Shown here in pieces: positions 9,904 through 20,535 of a stretch of DNA of 64,000 nucleotides (position 1 is its first letter; each line of letters starts with the position of its first letter). The notes beneath the pieces are model-generated. The model made no database searches. It was not told where the DNA came from and saw nothing but the letters and a program-made list of their open reading frames with translations. The stretch is from Candidatus Saccharimonadota bacterium (lineage in GTDB: Bacteria; Patescibacteriota; Saccharimonadia; Saccharimonadales; Saccharimonadaceae): contig CP066696.1 in NCBI GenBank assembly GCA_016432585.1, positions 388,113-452,112 on the forward strand, given 5' to 3'. The position numbers were made by a program, and so were the translations under genes.

Positions 9904-10929
9904 ATGAGTCAGGTTACTATCGCGATTAACGGGTTCGGCCGTATTGGGCGCAACGCCTTTAAAATTGCCTATGAACGAAGCGACGTCAAGATTGTCGCAA
10001 TAAACGATCTTACCGACACGAAAACGTTGGCGCATCTTTTAAAGCACGACTCGTCGTATGGAACATACCAGCATGATGTTGGCTACGATGACACAGGGAT
10101 TACCGTTAATGGCGAGCATATTGCGGTATTAGCCGAAAAAGATCCAGCAAAACTGCCGTGGGCAAGTATGGCAGTAGATGTTGTTATAGAGAGTACCGGT
10201 AGATTTACCGAACCGGCACAGGCGCGCATGCATATTGACCAAGCGGGCGCGAAACGTGTCGTTATTAGCGCCCCTGCAAAGGGTGAAGGATCGGATGCTA
10301 TTGTACTTGGTGTTAACGAGGATGCGATTGGTCAAGAAGGCGCAAGCGATGTTATTAGCAATGCAAGCTGTACGACCAACTGTATTGCGCCAGTAATGGC
10401 AGTGCTTGAAAGCCATTTTGGTATCGAAAAAGCCATGATGACGACGGTGCATAGCTACACGGCCGACCAGCAGCTGCAAGACGCGCCACATAAAGACCTC
10501 CGCCGAGCGCGTGCTGCTGCCGAAAATATTGTACCAACAAGTACGGGTGCCAGTGCCGCAGCTGGGTTGGTTTTGCCAGCAGTTGCAGGAATATTTGGGG
10601 GGCTTAGTCTTCGTGTTCCGACGCCTGTCGTAAGTCTTAGTGATTTTGTCGTTGTGACAAAACGTGATGTTACGGTAGAAGAAGTAAACGCGGCGTTTAA
10701 AAAAGCAGCCGACCAGCCATTTTATCAGGGTATTCTTGAGGTCACCGAAGAAGAGCTGGTAAGTAGCGACTTTAAGGGCAATAGCCATAGTGCAATCGTT
10801 GACCTTCCGCTTACGAACGTTGTTGGTGGAAACCTTGTTAAGGTAGTGGCTTGGTACGACAACGAGTGGGGTTATAGCAACCGTCTGGTTGAGCTTGTTG
10901 CCGACGCTGGTCGCGCAATTCATAAATAA
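9904..10929 (+). CDS. gap: Glyceraldehyde-3-phosphate dehydrogenase
   Basis: INGFGRIGR, SNASCTTNC, WYDNEWGYS. Confidence 0.98.
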   Translation: MSQVTIAINGFGRIGRNAFKIAYERSDVKIVAINDLTDTKTLAHLLKHDSSYGTYQHDVGYDDTGITVNGEHIAVLAEKDPAKLPWASMAVDVVIESTGRFTEPAQARMHIDQAGAKRVVISAPAKGEGSDAIVLGVNEDAIGQEGASDVISNASCTTNCIAPVMAVLESHFGIEKAMMTTVHSYTADQQLQDAPHKDLRRARAAAENIVPTSTGASAAAGLVLPAVAGIFGGLSLRVPTPVVSLSDFVVVTKRDVTVEEVNAAFKKAADQPFYQGILEVTEEELVSSDFKGNSHSAIVDLPLTNVVGGNLVKVVAWYDNEWGYSNRLVELVADAGRAIHK

Positions 10930-10936
10930 GCAGTGC

Positions 10937-10974
10937 AAGGCGCCCTGGCGAAATGGCCGGGGTGCTTTTGTTTT
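10937..10974 (+). terminator. Intrinsic terminator after gap
   Basis: AAGGCGCCCTGGC...GCCGGGGTGCTT stem with G-U pairs, then T-tract. Confidence 0.75.
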
Positions 10975-11000
10975 AGGGCAAAAGTGCTTATACTTGTAGT

Positions 11001-11450
11001 ATGAAGATATACTTGGGTGCGGATCATCAGGGTTTTGCCATGAAAGAGCAGGTGTTTGCCTACTTGGCAAAGCGCGGCCACGACGTTGAAGATGTTGGGG
11101 ATAGGGAATTTAAGCCAGACGATGACTTTCCAGAGTTTGCGCAAATGGCGGCATTGAAAGTGCTTGGCGATGAAGACAAAGATCCACGGGCGATTCTTAT
11201 TTGTGGTGGCGGTCAAGGCATGTGTATGGCAGCCAACCGTTTTCGCGGTATCCGCGCAAGCGTGATTTGGGATGCCTACGAAGCTAAAATGACGCGTAAC
11301 GACAATGACAGCAATGTTCTCTGTTTGCCAGCACGTATTCTTGAAAAAGACGAACAAGAGTGGCAGGACATTATTGATACATGGCTAACAACGCCTTTCG
11401 CCTCGGCGCCCCGATACAAACGACGTAATATGCAAATTGACGAGCTGTAA
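11001..11450 (+). CDS. rpiB: Ribose-5-phosphate isomerase B
   Basis: GADHQG, ICGGGQGMCMAAN, NDSNVL. Confidence 0.92.
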   Translation: MKIYLGADHQGFAMKEQVFAYLAKRGHDVEDVGDREFKPDDDFPEFAQMAALKVLGDEDKDPRAILICGGGQGMCMAANRFRGIRASVIWDAYEAKMTRNDNDSNVLCLPARILEKDEQEWQDIIDTWLTTPFASAPRYKRRNMQIDEL

Positions 11451-11452
11451 TT

Positions 11453-12097
11453 ATGAGTGTTATTTCTCCTGCTATCTTGGCTGAATCTGCCGATAACTAT
11501 AAAGAACAAGTAGAGCATGTTCATGGCTTTGCCGAGCGTGTTCATATCGATATTAGCGATGGTGAATTTGCCCCTACATTTACAATTGGTGCCGCCCAGG
11601 TGTGGTGGCCACAAGAGTGGACGGTAGATATTCATGCTATGGTGGCGCGCCCAAGCGAGCACCTAGAAACGCTTATCAGCCTTAAGCCGCACATGATTAT
11701 CTTTCATGCCGAGGTTGAAGAAAATATTATTCCAGTTTTGCAGCATGTAAAGAAATTCGGTATAAAAGCAGGGCTTGCGCTTCTTCGTTCAACCGTTCCC
11801 GCAACGGTGGCCGACGCAATAAAAGAAGCCGACCATATTATGATCTTTAGCGGCGAGCTGGGAAAATACGGCGGCACGGCGAGCCTTATGCAACTAGAGA
11901 AGGTGCGCCTTATAAAAGGCATTAACCCGTCGGCGGAAATTGGCTGGGACGGTGGAGTGAATGTTGAGAATGTTTACAGTTTGTCGCAAGGCGGAATTGA
12001 CGTATTAAATGTTGGCGGAGTGTTAGCTCACGCACAGAATCCGCAAGATGTTTATGCTACACTGGTCAACGAAATTAATAAACATGGGGTGATTTAG
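11453..12097 (+). CDS. rpe: Ribulose-phosphate 3-epimerase (divergent)
   Basis: ISPAIL, HIDISDGEFAP, DIHAMV, WDGGVN. Confidence 0.85.
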   Translation: MSVISPAILAESADNYKEQVEHVHGFAERVHIDISDGEFAPTFTIGAAQVWWPQEWTVDIHAMVARPSEHLETLISLKPHMIIFHAEVEENIIPVLQHVKKFGIKAGLALLRSTVPATVADAIKEADHIMIFSGELGKYGGTASLMQLEKVRLIKGINPSAEIGWDGGVNVENVYSLSQGGIDVLNVGGVLAHAQNPQDVYATLVNEINKHGVI

Positions 12098-12098
12098 G

Positions 12099-12962
12099 GT
12101 GGTAGAACAGTTATCAATGAAACAACTAGAGCATAAGGCGATGATCGTTCGTGAAAACATCGTGCAAATGCTCGAGGCGGCGGGTAGTGGACACAGTGCG
12201 GGGCCACTTGATCTTGCGGATCTCGTAACGGCACTTTACTTCAATATTATGAATATCGACCCCGAAAAGCCCGAGTGGTCCGAGCGCGATGTGTTCTTTT
12301 TGAGTAACGGCCACACTGTTCCAGTGCAGTATGCTGTTATGGCTGAGCGTGGATACTTTCCGGTTAAGGAGCTAAAGACGCTACGTAAACTTGGGAGCCG
12401 TCTTCAGGGGCATCCGGAGCGAACAAAGCTACCTGGTCTCGAAAACACCAGCGGTCCTTTAGGGAGCGGCTTATCGCAAGCGGCAGGGTACGCGTATAGT
12501 TTGCAGTATCTCGATAACGCGAAACACCGATGGGTGTATGTTGTTACTGGCGATGGCGAGCTCGATGAAGGCAATATATGGGAAGCGGCTATGTTCGCCG
12601 GCAAGTACAAATTGTCTCAGTTGATTGTATTCGTTGACCGCAATAATATCCAGATTGATGGTCCGACCGATGAAATCATGCCACTCGAAGATCTTCGTGG
12701 GAAGTGGGAGAGTTTTGGCTGGCACGTTCAAGAAATCAACGGCCACAATATGGAAAGTATCATAGATGCAGCGGGGATGGCGCGTGCTATTACGAACCGA
12801 CCAAGCGTTATTATTACACACACGATTCCAGGAAAAGGTGTTGATTTTATGGAGTACGACTATAAATGGCATGGCGTGCCGCCTAACCACGAGCAGGCAA
12901 AAGAGGCGATGAAAAAACTCCGAACGCTTGACGGAAAAATTACCTCGGGAGATATAGAATAA
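12099..12962 (+). CDS. Transketolase N-terminal (TPP-binding) subunit
   Basis: GSGH, LSNGH, LQGHP, SGPLGSG, GDGELDEGNIWEA. Confidence 0.93.
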   Translation: MVEQLSMKQLEHKAMIVRENIVQMLEAAGSGHSAGPLDLADLVTALYFNIMNIDPEKPEWSERDVFFLSNGHTVPVQYAVMAERGYFPVKELKTLRKLGSRLQGHPERTKLPGLENTSGPLGSGLSQAAGYAYSLQYLDNAKHRWVYVVTGDGELDEGNIWEAAMFAGKYKLSQLIVFVDRNNIQIDGPTDEIMPLEDLRGKWESFGWHVQEINGHNMESIIDAAGMARAITNRPSVIITHTIPGKGVDFMEYDYKWHGVPPNHEQAKEAMKKLRTLDGKITSGDIE

Positions 12963-13957
12963 TGAACTATCCTTTGCGTCCGAATATATTCGATGAAGAT
13001 GTTGAAAAAGAGCCGATTCGCGTTGGTTTTGGCCGTGGCCTCAAGGTTGCTGGCGAAAAAAATCCACTCATTGTGGCGCTTTGCGCCGACCTTACCGATA
13101 GCACTAAAATGTCAACATTTGTTGAGGCTTTTCCTGAAAGATTTATTCAGGTTGGTATTGCCGAACAAAACCTCGTAACGGTTGCCAGCGGTCTTGCACG
13201 AGCAGGCAAAGTACCGTTTACAAGCAGCTATGCTGCATTTAGTCCTGGTCGTAACTGGGAGCAAATCCGCACGACTATTGCACTTAACGATCAGCCCGTA
13301 AAGATTATTGGCTCGCATGCCGGTATTAGCGTTGGTCCAGATGGTGCCACGCACCAAATGCTCGAGGATATCGCTTTGATGCGTGTGCTGCCTAATATGG
13401 TCGTTATAGCCCCGGGCGACAGTGTAGAGGCCGAAAAAGCAACGATTGCTTTAGCAGAAAACGGTAAGCCAACGTATCTACGTTTGGCCCGTGAGAAAAC
13501 GCCGATATTCAGCACAGACGAGTCACCTTTTGAGATTGGTAAGGCTTACGTGCTACGCGAGGGGAACGACATTAGTCTTTTGGGAACTGGTGCAATGACC
13601 TATGAACTTTTGGTAGCCGCTAAAATGCTGGAAGCCGAAGGCATTAGTGCCGAGGTGGTGCATGTTCCAACGATTAAACCACTCGATGACGAAACGATAC
13701 TTAAGAGTGTGCGAAAAACAGGTCGCGTGCTGACGGCAGAGGAAGCGCAGCGCAAGGGCGGCTTTGGTGGTGCGGTGGCAGAATTACTGAGCGAAGAGCT
13801 TCCAACCCCGTTGTACCGCGTTGGCATGAAAGATAGATTTGGCGAGAGTGGCGAACCGCAGCAATTAATGGAGCATTTCGGTCTGGATCACGCAACTATT
13901 GCAAAAGAAGTAAAAGAGTTCGTTGGCCATACGCCAAAATACCACCAAGGTTTCTAA
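12962..13957 (+). CDS. Transketolase C-terminal subunit
   Basis: GIAEQNL, GPDGATHQ, PTIKPLD. Confidence 0.93.
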   Translation: MNYPLRPNIFDEDVEKEPIRVGFGRGLKVAGEKNPLIVALCADLTDSTKMSTFVEAFPERFIQVGIAEQNLVTVASGLARAGKVPFTSSYAAFSPGRNWEQIRTTIALNDQPVKIIGSHAGISVGPDGATHQMLEDIALMRVLPNMVVIAPGDSVEAEKATIALAENGKPTYLRLAREKTPIFSTDESPFEIGKAYVLREGNDISLLGTGAMTYELLVAAKMLEAEGISAEVVHVPTIKPLDDETILKSVRKTGRVLTAEEAQRKGGFGGAVAELLSEELPTPLYRVGMKDRFGESGEPQQLMEHFGLDHATIAKEVKEFVGHTPKYHQGF

Positions 13958-13967
13958 AGGAGGAATG

Positions 13968-14879
13968 ATGGGCTTAACTATTAAAGAAATCAGAGAACGG
14001 ACGGTGCGAGCGCGACATTTAATGCAGCGTAGCCGCAGCCAAGGGTTTGCGGTCGGCGCCTTTAATATCGACAACCAAGAAACGCTTATTGCCGTATGTA
14101 AGGCTGCGCAAAAGTTGCAGTCGCCAGTACTCGTAGAGGTAAGCCAAGGCGAAGTAGATGCAATCGGCCTCGATAATATTCGTGATCTTGTTGACAATTA
14201 CCGCGACGAATACGGAATCGAGATGTATATCAACCTCGATCATAGCCCTAGTGTCGAAAGCTGCAAACGCGCAATCGACGCAGGTTTCGAGTTTATCCAT
14301 ATTGATATCTCGCAGGCGAATCACGACGCGCCGCTTGAAGAGATTATCGAAAAGACAAAGGAAGTCGTTGAGTACGCTAAATTCACGGGTGCGCTCGTAG
14401 AGGCAGAAGAGCGCTACTTCATGGGGTCATCGAATGTCCATAAAGAAACAATCGATTACGAAGAGGTAAAGAAGTACAATACGACTCCAGCTGAGGCAAA
14501 AGACTTTGTCGACAAAACAGGGATTGATACGATTGCTGTTCAAATCGGAAACCTCCACGGGCTATACCCTGTGCCGAAAAAGCTTGATCTTGAGCTTTTG
14601 CAAGAAATTCGAAATGAAATTACTTGCCAAATAAGCTTGCATGGTGGAAGCGGCACGCCCTTGAATTATTTTGAAGAGGCGGCAAAAATTGGTGTTAGTA
14701 AAATTAATATCAACAGCGATATGCGCTACACTTTCCGCAAAACACTCGAAAAAGTGCTAGCAGATAATCCAGATGAATATGCCGTAGTAAAGTTGATGCC
14801 CGAAGTATACGAAGCCGTTCAAAAAGTTGTAGAAGAAAAAATCAATGCTTTCGGAAGCGTCGGCAAAGCAATCCTATAG
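13968..14879 (+). CDS. fba: Class II fructose-bisphosphate aldolase
   Basis: AVGAFN, NLDH, GNLHG, LHGGSG, KININSD; SD AGGAGG. Confidence 0.92.
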   Translation: MGLTIKEIRERTVRARHLMQRSRSQGFAVGAFNIDNQETLIAVCKAAQKLQSPVLVEVSQGEVDAIGLDNIRDLVDNYRDEYGIEMYINLDHSPSVESCKRAIDAGFEFIHIDISQANHDAPLEEIIEKTKEVVEYAKFTGALVEAEERYFMGSSNVHKETIDYEEVKKYNTTPAEAKDFVDKTGIDTIAVQIGNLHGLYPVPKKLDLELLQEIRNEITCQISLHGGSGTPLNYFEEAAKIGVSKININSDMRYTFRKTLEKVLADNPDEYAVVKLMPEVYEAVQKVVEEKINAFGSVGKAIL

Positions 14880-14925
14880 GCGGTGTTTTTAAAAGCATAA
14901 GCACAAGTGGTATACTGACAGATAT

Positions 14926-15894
14926 ATGAGCACAAAACCAACAATTCTCGCCATTGGTAAGGCGTCGCAAGACGTCTTTTTAACCAGTAGCAAAGATTTT
15001 CAACCCTACAAATACAAAGGCGTCGAGTACGAGCAACTTCCTTTGGGCAAAAAACTTCATGTCGATGACGTTTACTTTTCGTCGGGTGGGAATGCAACAA
15101 ATGCCGCGGCTACATTTGCCAGGCAAGGGCTTCACAGTAAGTATATGTGGGTGCTGGGTAACGACATTTCAAGCCAGGCAATTCTTGCGACACTCGACGA
15201 AGAGGATATTGATACTTCCTCGGTTGTTCAAGATGCACACTACAAGGCAAGCTATTCAACGATTCTTTTAGCGCCAACAGGCGAACGAACGGTACTTAAT
15301 TACATGGGTAGTTCTATCGAGAAGTTTAGGAATGCCTTCGACTTACAGGCAATCGATTCGGCTGACTGGCTCTATGTTTCGTCGGTTAATGACATGCATT
15401 TGATAGAAGAAATTGTGACGCGCGCCGAGAAAGCTGGCGTTAAGATTATGATGAACCCTTCGGGCAAAGAGCTCGAAGAGCCTCGCAAGCTAAAGCCGCT
15501 TCTTGAGGATATCGAAGTTATTTCATTAAACAAAGAAGAAGCTCAAGAGCTGGTGGCTGGCGAAACACTCGAAGAGCTAGCGAGGCATCTGACGCATTAT
15601 TGCCCTGTGGTTCTTGTTTCCGACGGTCCTAACGGTGTCGTTGCTACCGATTCAAAAACGATCATCCGCGCTGGTATGTACGAAGATGTAAAGGTTGTTG
15701 ACCGCCTTGGTGCGGGTGACGCATTTAGCTCGGGATTCCTTAGTCAGTGGTCTAGGGGTAAATCACTAAAAGAATCGATTATATTTGCAAGTGCCAACTC
15801 GACATCTGTCGTAACGAAAATTGGTGCAAAAACAGGTATTCTGCACCGTGGAGCAAAACTCCATGAAATGCCACTTCACGAAAAGCCGTTTTAG
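14926..15894 (+). CDS. PfkB/ribokinase-family sugar kinase
   Basis: GGNATNAA and DRLGAGDAF signatures. Confidence 0.92.
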   Translation: MSTKPTILAIGKASQDVFLTSSKDFQPYKYKGVEYEQLPLGKKLHVDDVYFSSGGNATNAAATFARQGLHSKYMWVLGNDISSQAILATLDEEDIDTSSVVQDAHYKASYSTILLAPTGERTVLNYMGSSIEKFRNAFDLQAIDSADWLYVSSVNDMHLIEEIVTRAEKAGVKIMMNPSGKELEEPRKLKPLLEDIEVISLNKEEAQELVAGETLEELARHLTHYCPVVLVSDGPNGVVATDSKTIIRAGMYEDVKVVDRLGAGDAFSSGFLSQWSRGKSLKESIIFASANSTSVVTKIGAKTGILHRGAKLHEMPLHEKPF

Positions 15895-15950
15895 TCCTTA
15901 GTCATAAGCGTGATATACTAGCTATCAGATAGAAGTAGGGGAAAACAGAT

Positions 15951-17204
15951 ATGGCGAAATTTCTACGAGACCTGTTAGATGCCGAGGAGCCGGTTTTTTC
16001 GGTTGCGATAAGACAGCTCGAACAGGCAAGCGGGCGATTAGGCGCGGACGCTCGTCTTATTGGTGAAATTACGCAAAAAACGCACAACGCCATGCGCCTT
16101 CTGAATTTAGACCCCGCAATTACTACAGGGCGCGAATTCTATCAGGCACTTCTGGCGCGAATCCACACGGACAACGAACGTCTTACGAAGCTGATTGGCG
16201 CCACCGACAGCAGCGATGTTGCGCAGCTTGTTCCCCTTATGATTGATGTTGCAGATAAAGTAGACTTCAACCGTAAGGTGTTTGTTGTTAAACATGACAA
16301 AGCAAAAGAACTTCTGCGCGCTCACCCGCCGGTTAAGCTAATGGAGCGACTCGGCTATCATTCGATCGATGACATGTTCGCGGGCGAGGATTTCGACGAG
16401 CTATATACTGCACTTCGTTTTTCGGAGGGTGCTGATTGGTTGAACGACTTTAACGAGCTGTTTAAGACAGTAACACCAGACGATTACGAGGAACGTAATA
16501 TTCGTATTTTGGCGATGGATCACGACAAATATGTTGATCTCGCCGAGCAATTCACGCAGAAGAAACTTCACAACGTTACTCACACGAAAGAGCTGGGAGT
16601 TATTGTGGTTGTGCCACTGCGCGAAACCCACTCAAAAGGTCTCATGCTCAAAACCCTGCCGCTTCTTCTTCACTATCTTAACGAGGTAAAATTGTACTCG
16701 ACGTTCTTTAAGCTTAAAGCGCAGCACCCTGGCTTTGGAGAGACGGTAGTTAATACACTTATTGCCGACCCAGGAACAGCCAGTCAGATGGCTGGTCGCT
16801 ACGTGCACTGGCGGGTTATTCAGCGTTACTATGGCAAGTTGAAAGACGAAGCGCACAAAGAAATGTTTGAGCCGCATGTTCACCCCGAGGATCTTCATTG
16901 GCGCCGTGCCGAAGAATTGCTTTACCAGATCGATCCTGAAATGAAGTTTTGGCAAGATAACGATTATGTTGGTTTGTTGTTCGACGACAAACCGGTTACA
17001 TTGAACTTTGTCGACATGGCGCTAAGTTATGCTAACGGATTATCTTACGAGGATCGATTGGTGTATCACTTCCGCGAAAGTCTATGGAACGAGATTTTTA
17101 TCTGCTACATGCGCTACCCAGTTCTTGAACAGCAGATATTACAAGAGCTCGACAATGACATGGTTGCGCCTGAATTACTGGAAGGAGATGGGAAAATTAT
17201 ATGA
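15951..17204 (+). CDS. Hypothetical protein, 417 aa
   Basis: Long ORF with upstream TATACT and purine-rich SD; no family recognised. Confidence 0.85.
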   Translation: MAKFLRDLLDAEEPVFSVAIRQLEQASGRLGADARLIGEITQKTHNAMRLLNLDPAITTGREFYQALLARIHTDNERLTKLIGATDSSDVAQLVPLMIDVADKVDFNRKVFVVKHDKAKELLRAHPPVKLMERLGYHSIDDMFAGEDFDELYTALRFSEGADWLNDFNELFKTVTPDDYEERNIRILAMDHDKYVDLAEQFTQKKLHNVTHTKELGVIVVVPLRETHSKGLMLKTLPLLLHYLNEVKLYSTFFKLKAQHPGFGETVVNTLIADPGTASQMAGRYVHWRVIQRYYGKLKDEAHKEMFEPHVHPEDLHWRRAEELLYQIDPEMKFWQDNDYVGLLFDDKPVTLNFVDMALSYANGLSYEDRLVYHFRESLWNEIFICYMRYPVLEQQILQELDNDMVAPELLEGDGKII

Positions 17205-17809
17205 GATACCAAATTTGTGTTTCGGGGGCGGCAAGTGGTGACACTGTTCATACGTCGCATCAGCTAGCATACGAGCTAGGACGGGCAATCGCCGAGCAAG
17301 GAAAAACACTCCTCACTGGTGCAACGGTAGGGTTACCTCACTACGCGGCAATGGGCTTTATGAGTGTTCCTGATGCGAAGGGTGTTTCTGTGGGATTTTC
17401 ACCGGCGACATCGTTTCGCGAGCACGTCTCGACCTATCGTTTGCCAACCAAGGAGTTTGACTACATAAACTTTACGGGCATGGAATACGTAGGGCGTGAT
17501 GTTCACTTGGTTCGCAGTAGCGACGGCATTATTACGGTTGGCGGCCGCATGGGGAGCTTGCACGAGCTTTCAACCGCGCTAGAGAGCCGCAAGGTATGTG
17601 GCATCTTACTTGGTAGTGGCGGTCTTGCCGACTATACTAAAACGCTGCTACAACATATCGAAGCACCTGGCGCAAAGGAAGTCATTTTTGATACCGATCC
17701 TGATCGGCTAGTGAAAAAAGTGGTCGAAGCACTTGATAAGAAATATGCCGATTTTGTTCATGACGGCACCGACAGTCAGGTAACCGACAAAAGGGCGGGA
17801 AGAGGATAA
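17201..17809 (+). CDS. SLOG/LOG-family Rossmann nucleotide-binding protein
   Basis: ICVSG, LLTGATVGLP, GGRMGSLHEL; ATGA-coupled to upstream gene. Confidence 0.85.
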   Translation: MRYQICVSGAASGDTVHTSHQLAYELGRAIAEQGKTLLTGATVGLPHYAAMGFMSVPDAKGVSVGFSPATSFREHVSTYRLPTKEFDYINFTGMEYVGRDVHLVRSSDGIITVGGRMGSLHELSTALESRKVCGILLGSGGLADYTKTLLQHIEAPGAKEVIFDTDPDRLVKKVVEALDKKYADFVHDGTDSQVTDKRAGRG

Positions 17810-17810
17810 T

Positions 17811-18548
17811 ATGAAAAAGGAATCTCAAAAAGGAAGCGCACACGCAATTATTATTGCAGTATTGTTTGTTGCTCTTATGGCGACGCTTGGTGTCGTGTTC
17901 TATCAAAACTTTATCGCTAAAAAGGACACCGATACTAAACCACAGGACACATCTTCAAATACCGATGTGCTACAAACCGCCCAGGTGGCGTATGCAAGCA
18001 GTATTTACGAACTGGATCACCCGAATGAATGGACCGCAACTTCCGAAAAGGTAAAAAGCGGCTCACTCGATGGCAATAAGCTTGTCGTTGTAAATAAAGA
18101 CGGCACCGTTCGCGTTACGGTAGAGATCTCAAACCGCACAAGAACTGACGCCTGCAACACGGCAGATGAGCTGAAACTGAGCTACTACGACGTTCACGAA
18201 ACGGCGGTTAAAAACTTGGCTCCCTCGACGCTCTTCCTTGTCGAATCGATCTCTGATGCAACTGACGGTGGCTATACATACAAGATTGGCCTGACGCCAG
18301 ACGGTGGCGATACGCACACATCTATTGGAACATCTCACTGTACGGTGCAGCATGTCGGTGAAGTATCGAACGTTATCAAAAGCGGGGCAAAAATCACACA
18401 ACCGGCAATCACGGCGACGATCGACTTTCCCTTGCTACTTGCTGTAAACGAGACAAAAGTAAAGAGTATGCAGCCCGTAAAAGATCTTATCGCAACAGGC
18501 GATTACAAAGCTGCCGTGGCAATTATAGAGTCGGCTCGCAAGAAGTAG
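17811..18548 (+). CDS. Surface protein with pilin-like N-terminus
   Basis: [29 protein letters not shown] leader then soluble domain with two Cys. Confidence 0.75.
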   Translation: MKKESQKGSAHAIIIAVLFVALMATLGVVFYQNFIAKKDTDTKPQDTSSNTDVLQTAQVAYASSIYELDHPNEWTATSEKVKSGSLDGNKLVVVNKDGTVRVTVEISNRTRTDACNTADELKLSYYDVHETAVKNLAPSTLFLVESISDATDGGYTYKIGLTPDGGDTHTSIGTSHCTVQHVGEVSNVIKSGAKITQPAITATIDFPLLLAVNETKVKSMQPVKDLIATGDYKAAVAIIESARKK

Positions 18549-18561
18549 TATACTTGTAGGG

Positions 18562-20535
18562 ATGAATCAGCGTTTTCAGCTACAAACGAAATATCAGCCA
18601 ACGGGCGACCAGCCAACCGCAATCAAACAATTGATAGACGGGCTTAATGCTGGCGAGCGTGAGCAAACGCTTTTGGGCGTCACTGGGTCTGGTAAAACGT
18701 TCACCATGGCGAATATTATTCAGGATCGCCAAGTGCCAACGCTTGTGCTTGCGCATAACAAAACTTTGGCTGCGCAGCTATATAGCGAATTTAAATCATT
18801 CTTTCCAAATAACGAAGTCCACTACTTTGTAAGTTATTTCGATTACTACCAGCCAGAAGCGTACATAAGCAGTAGCGACACCTATATCGAAAAAGACAGT
18901 AAAATCAACGACGAGATTGACCGCTTGCGCCATGCAGCAACAACGGCATTAATTACGCGCCGCGATACGATTATTGTTGCCAGTGTCAGCTGTATTTACG
19001 GTATCGGTTCGCCAGACGATTACGCAGAAATGTCACTGACTATTACAAAAGGCGAGCGCCGACAGCAAGATAAGTTTGTGCGGCTTCTTACGGATATCCA
19101 GTACCAGCGCAATGATATAGATTTTCACCGTGGAACATTCCGTGTAAAGGGCGATGTTGTTGATGTTTTTCCTGCGGGTAGCGACCTTGCGTACCGTATT
19201 GAGTTTTTTGGCGATGAAGTTGATCGCATTACGCAAATCGATCCACTGACAGGTGAAATTCTTGCCGAGCCCGATAGCTGCAAGATTTTCCCGAGCAGTC
19301 ACTATGTAACGCCTAAGCAAAAGCTCGAGCATGCCATAGAGGGTATACGCAAAGAGTTCGAGGAACGCGTTGAGTGGTTTGAAAAGCACGACAAGCTACT
19401 AGAAGCGCAGCGCCTGACACAGCGCACAAAATACGATCTTGAGATGCTTGAAGAGACAGGTTTTGTAAAGGGAATCGAGAACTATTCGAGGTATCTTACT
19501 AACCGCGAGCCTGGGCAGCAGCCAGCAACGCTTCTCGACTATTTCCCAGATGATTTTTTGCTTCTTGTCGATGAAAGTCACCAAAGCTTGCCACAGGTTC
19601 GTGGTATGTACAACGGCGACCGTGCCCGCAAAGAAGTGCTGGTAGAGCATGGCTTTAGGCTGCCAAGCGCTATGGATAACCGACCGCTCAAGTTTGAGGA
19701 GTTCGACCAGCATATCAATCAAACGATTTACGTTTCAGCAACGCCAAGCGACTACGAACTGTCGCATACGCCGCCGCCAGCCCAGCAGATAATCCGCCCA
19801 ACAGGACTTCTTGATCCAGAAATTATTATTCGCCCAACCGAGGGCCAGATTGATGATTTGATTGCCGAGATTAACGATCGAATTAGCAAAGGCCAGCGAG
19901 TACTTGTCACAACGCTGACGAAGCGAATGGCCGAGGATCTATCAACGTACCTCCTAGAGATTGGCATAAAAACATCGTATATCCATAGCGATGTCGACAC
20001 GCTTGAACGCGGTGATATTTTGCGTGACCTGCGCATGGGTGTCTTTGATGTGCTGGTGGGTATCAACCTTCTTCGCGAGGGTTTGGATCTTCCCGAAGTA
20101 AGTCTTGTTGCAATTATGGACGCCGACAAAGAAGGATTTTTGCGTAGTGAAAGCGCACTTATGCAAACGATTGGACGTGCTGCACGCCACCAAGAAGGCA
20201 AGGTTCTTATGTATGCAGATAAGATTACGCGCTCTATGCAGGCGGCGATCGACGAAACGACGCGTCGTCGCAGTATTCAAGAGGCGTACAATGCCGAACA
20301 CGGTATTACGCCAACAAGCATTGCCAAAGAAATCGACGAAGGATTGCGCGCGCTTATTCCGGACAAAGATAAAGGTAAGGTTCCCAAACTTGACCTTAAA
20401 AAGATTCCAAAAGACGAATACAAGTCGCTTATTAAAGAACTATCCGGCCAAATGGAGCTTGCGAGCGCTAACCTAGAGTTCGAAAAAGCAGCCGAACTTC
20501 GTGATCTTATTGTTAGTATAAAAGAGAAGATGTAG
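18562..20535 (+). CDS. uvrB: Excinuclease ABC subunit B
   Basis: [40 protein letters not shown]-terminal UVR. Confidence 0.98.
   Translation: MNQRFQLQTKYQPTGDQPTAIKQLIDGLNAGEREQTLLGVTGSGKTFTMANIIQDRQVPTLVLAHNKTLAAQLYSEFKSFFPNNEVHYFVSYFDYYQPEAYISSSDTYIEKDSKINDEIDRLRHAATTALITRRDTIIVASVSCIYGIGSPDDYAEMSLTITKGERRQQDKFVRLLTDIQYQRNDIDFHRGTFRVKGDVVDVFPAGSDLAYRIEFFGDEVDRITQIDPLTGEILAEPDSCKIFPSSHYVTPKQKLEHAIEGIRKEFEERVEWFEKHDKLLEAQRLTQRTKYDLEMLEETGFVKGIENYSRYLTNREPGQQPATLLDYFPDDFLLLVDESHQSLPQVRGMYNGDRARKEVLVEHGFRLPSAMDNRPLKFEEFDQHINQTIYVSATPSDYELSHTPPPAQQIIRPTGLLDPEIIIRPTEGQIDDLIAEINDRISKGQRVLVTTLTKRMAEDLSTYLLEIGIKTSYIHSDVDTLERGDILRDLRMGVFDVLVGINLLREGLDLPEVSLVAIMDADKEGFLRSESALMQTIGRAARHQEGKVLMYADKITRSMQAAIDETTRRRSIQEAYNAEHGITPTSIAKEIDEGLRALIPDKDKGKVPKLDLKKIPKDEYKSLIKELSGQMELASANLEFEKAAELRDLIVSIKEKM

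Noticed and set aside
10129..11070. 313-aa minus-strand ORF
   Set aside because: Antisense shadow of gap, as commonly produced by codon bias
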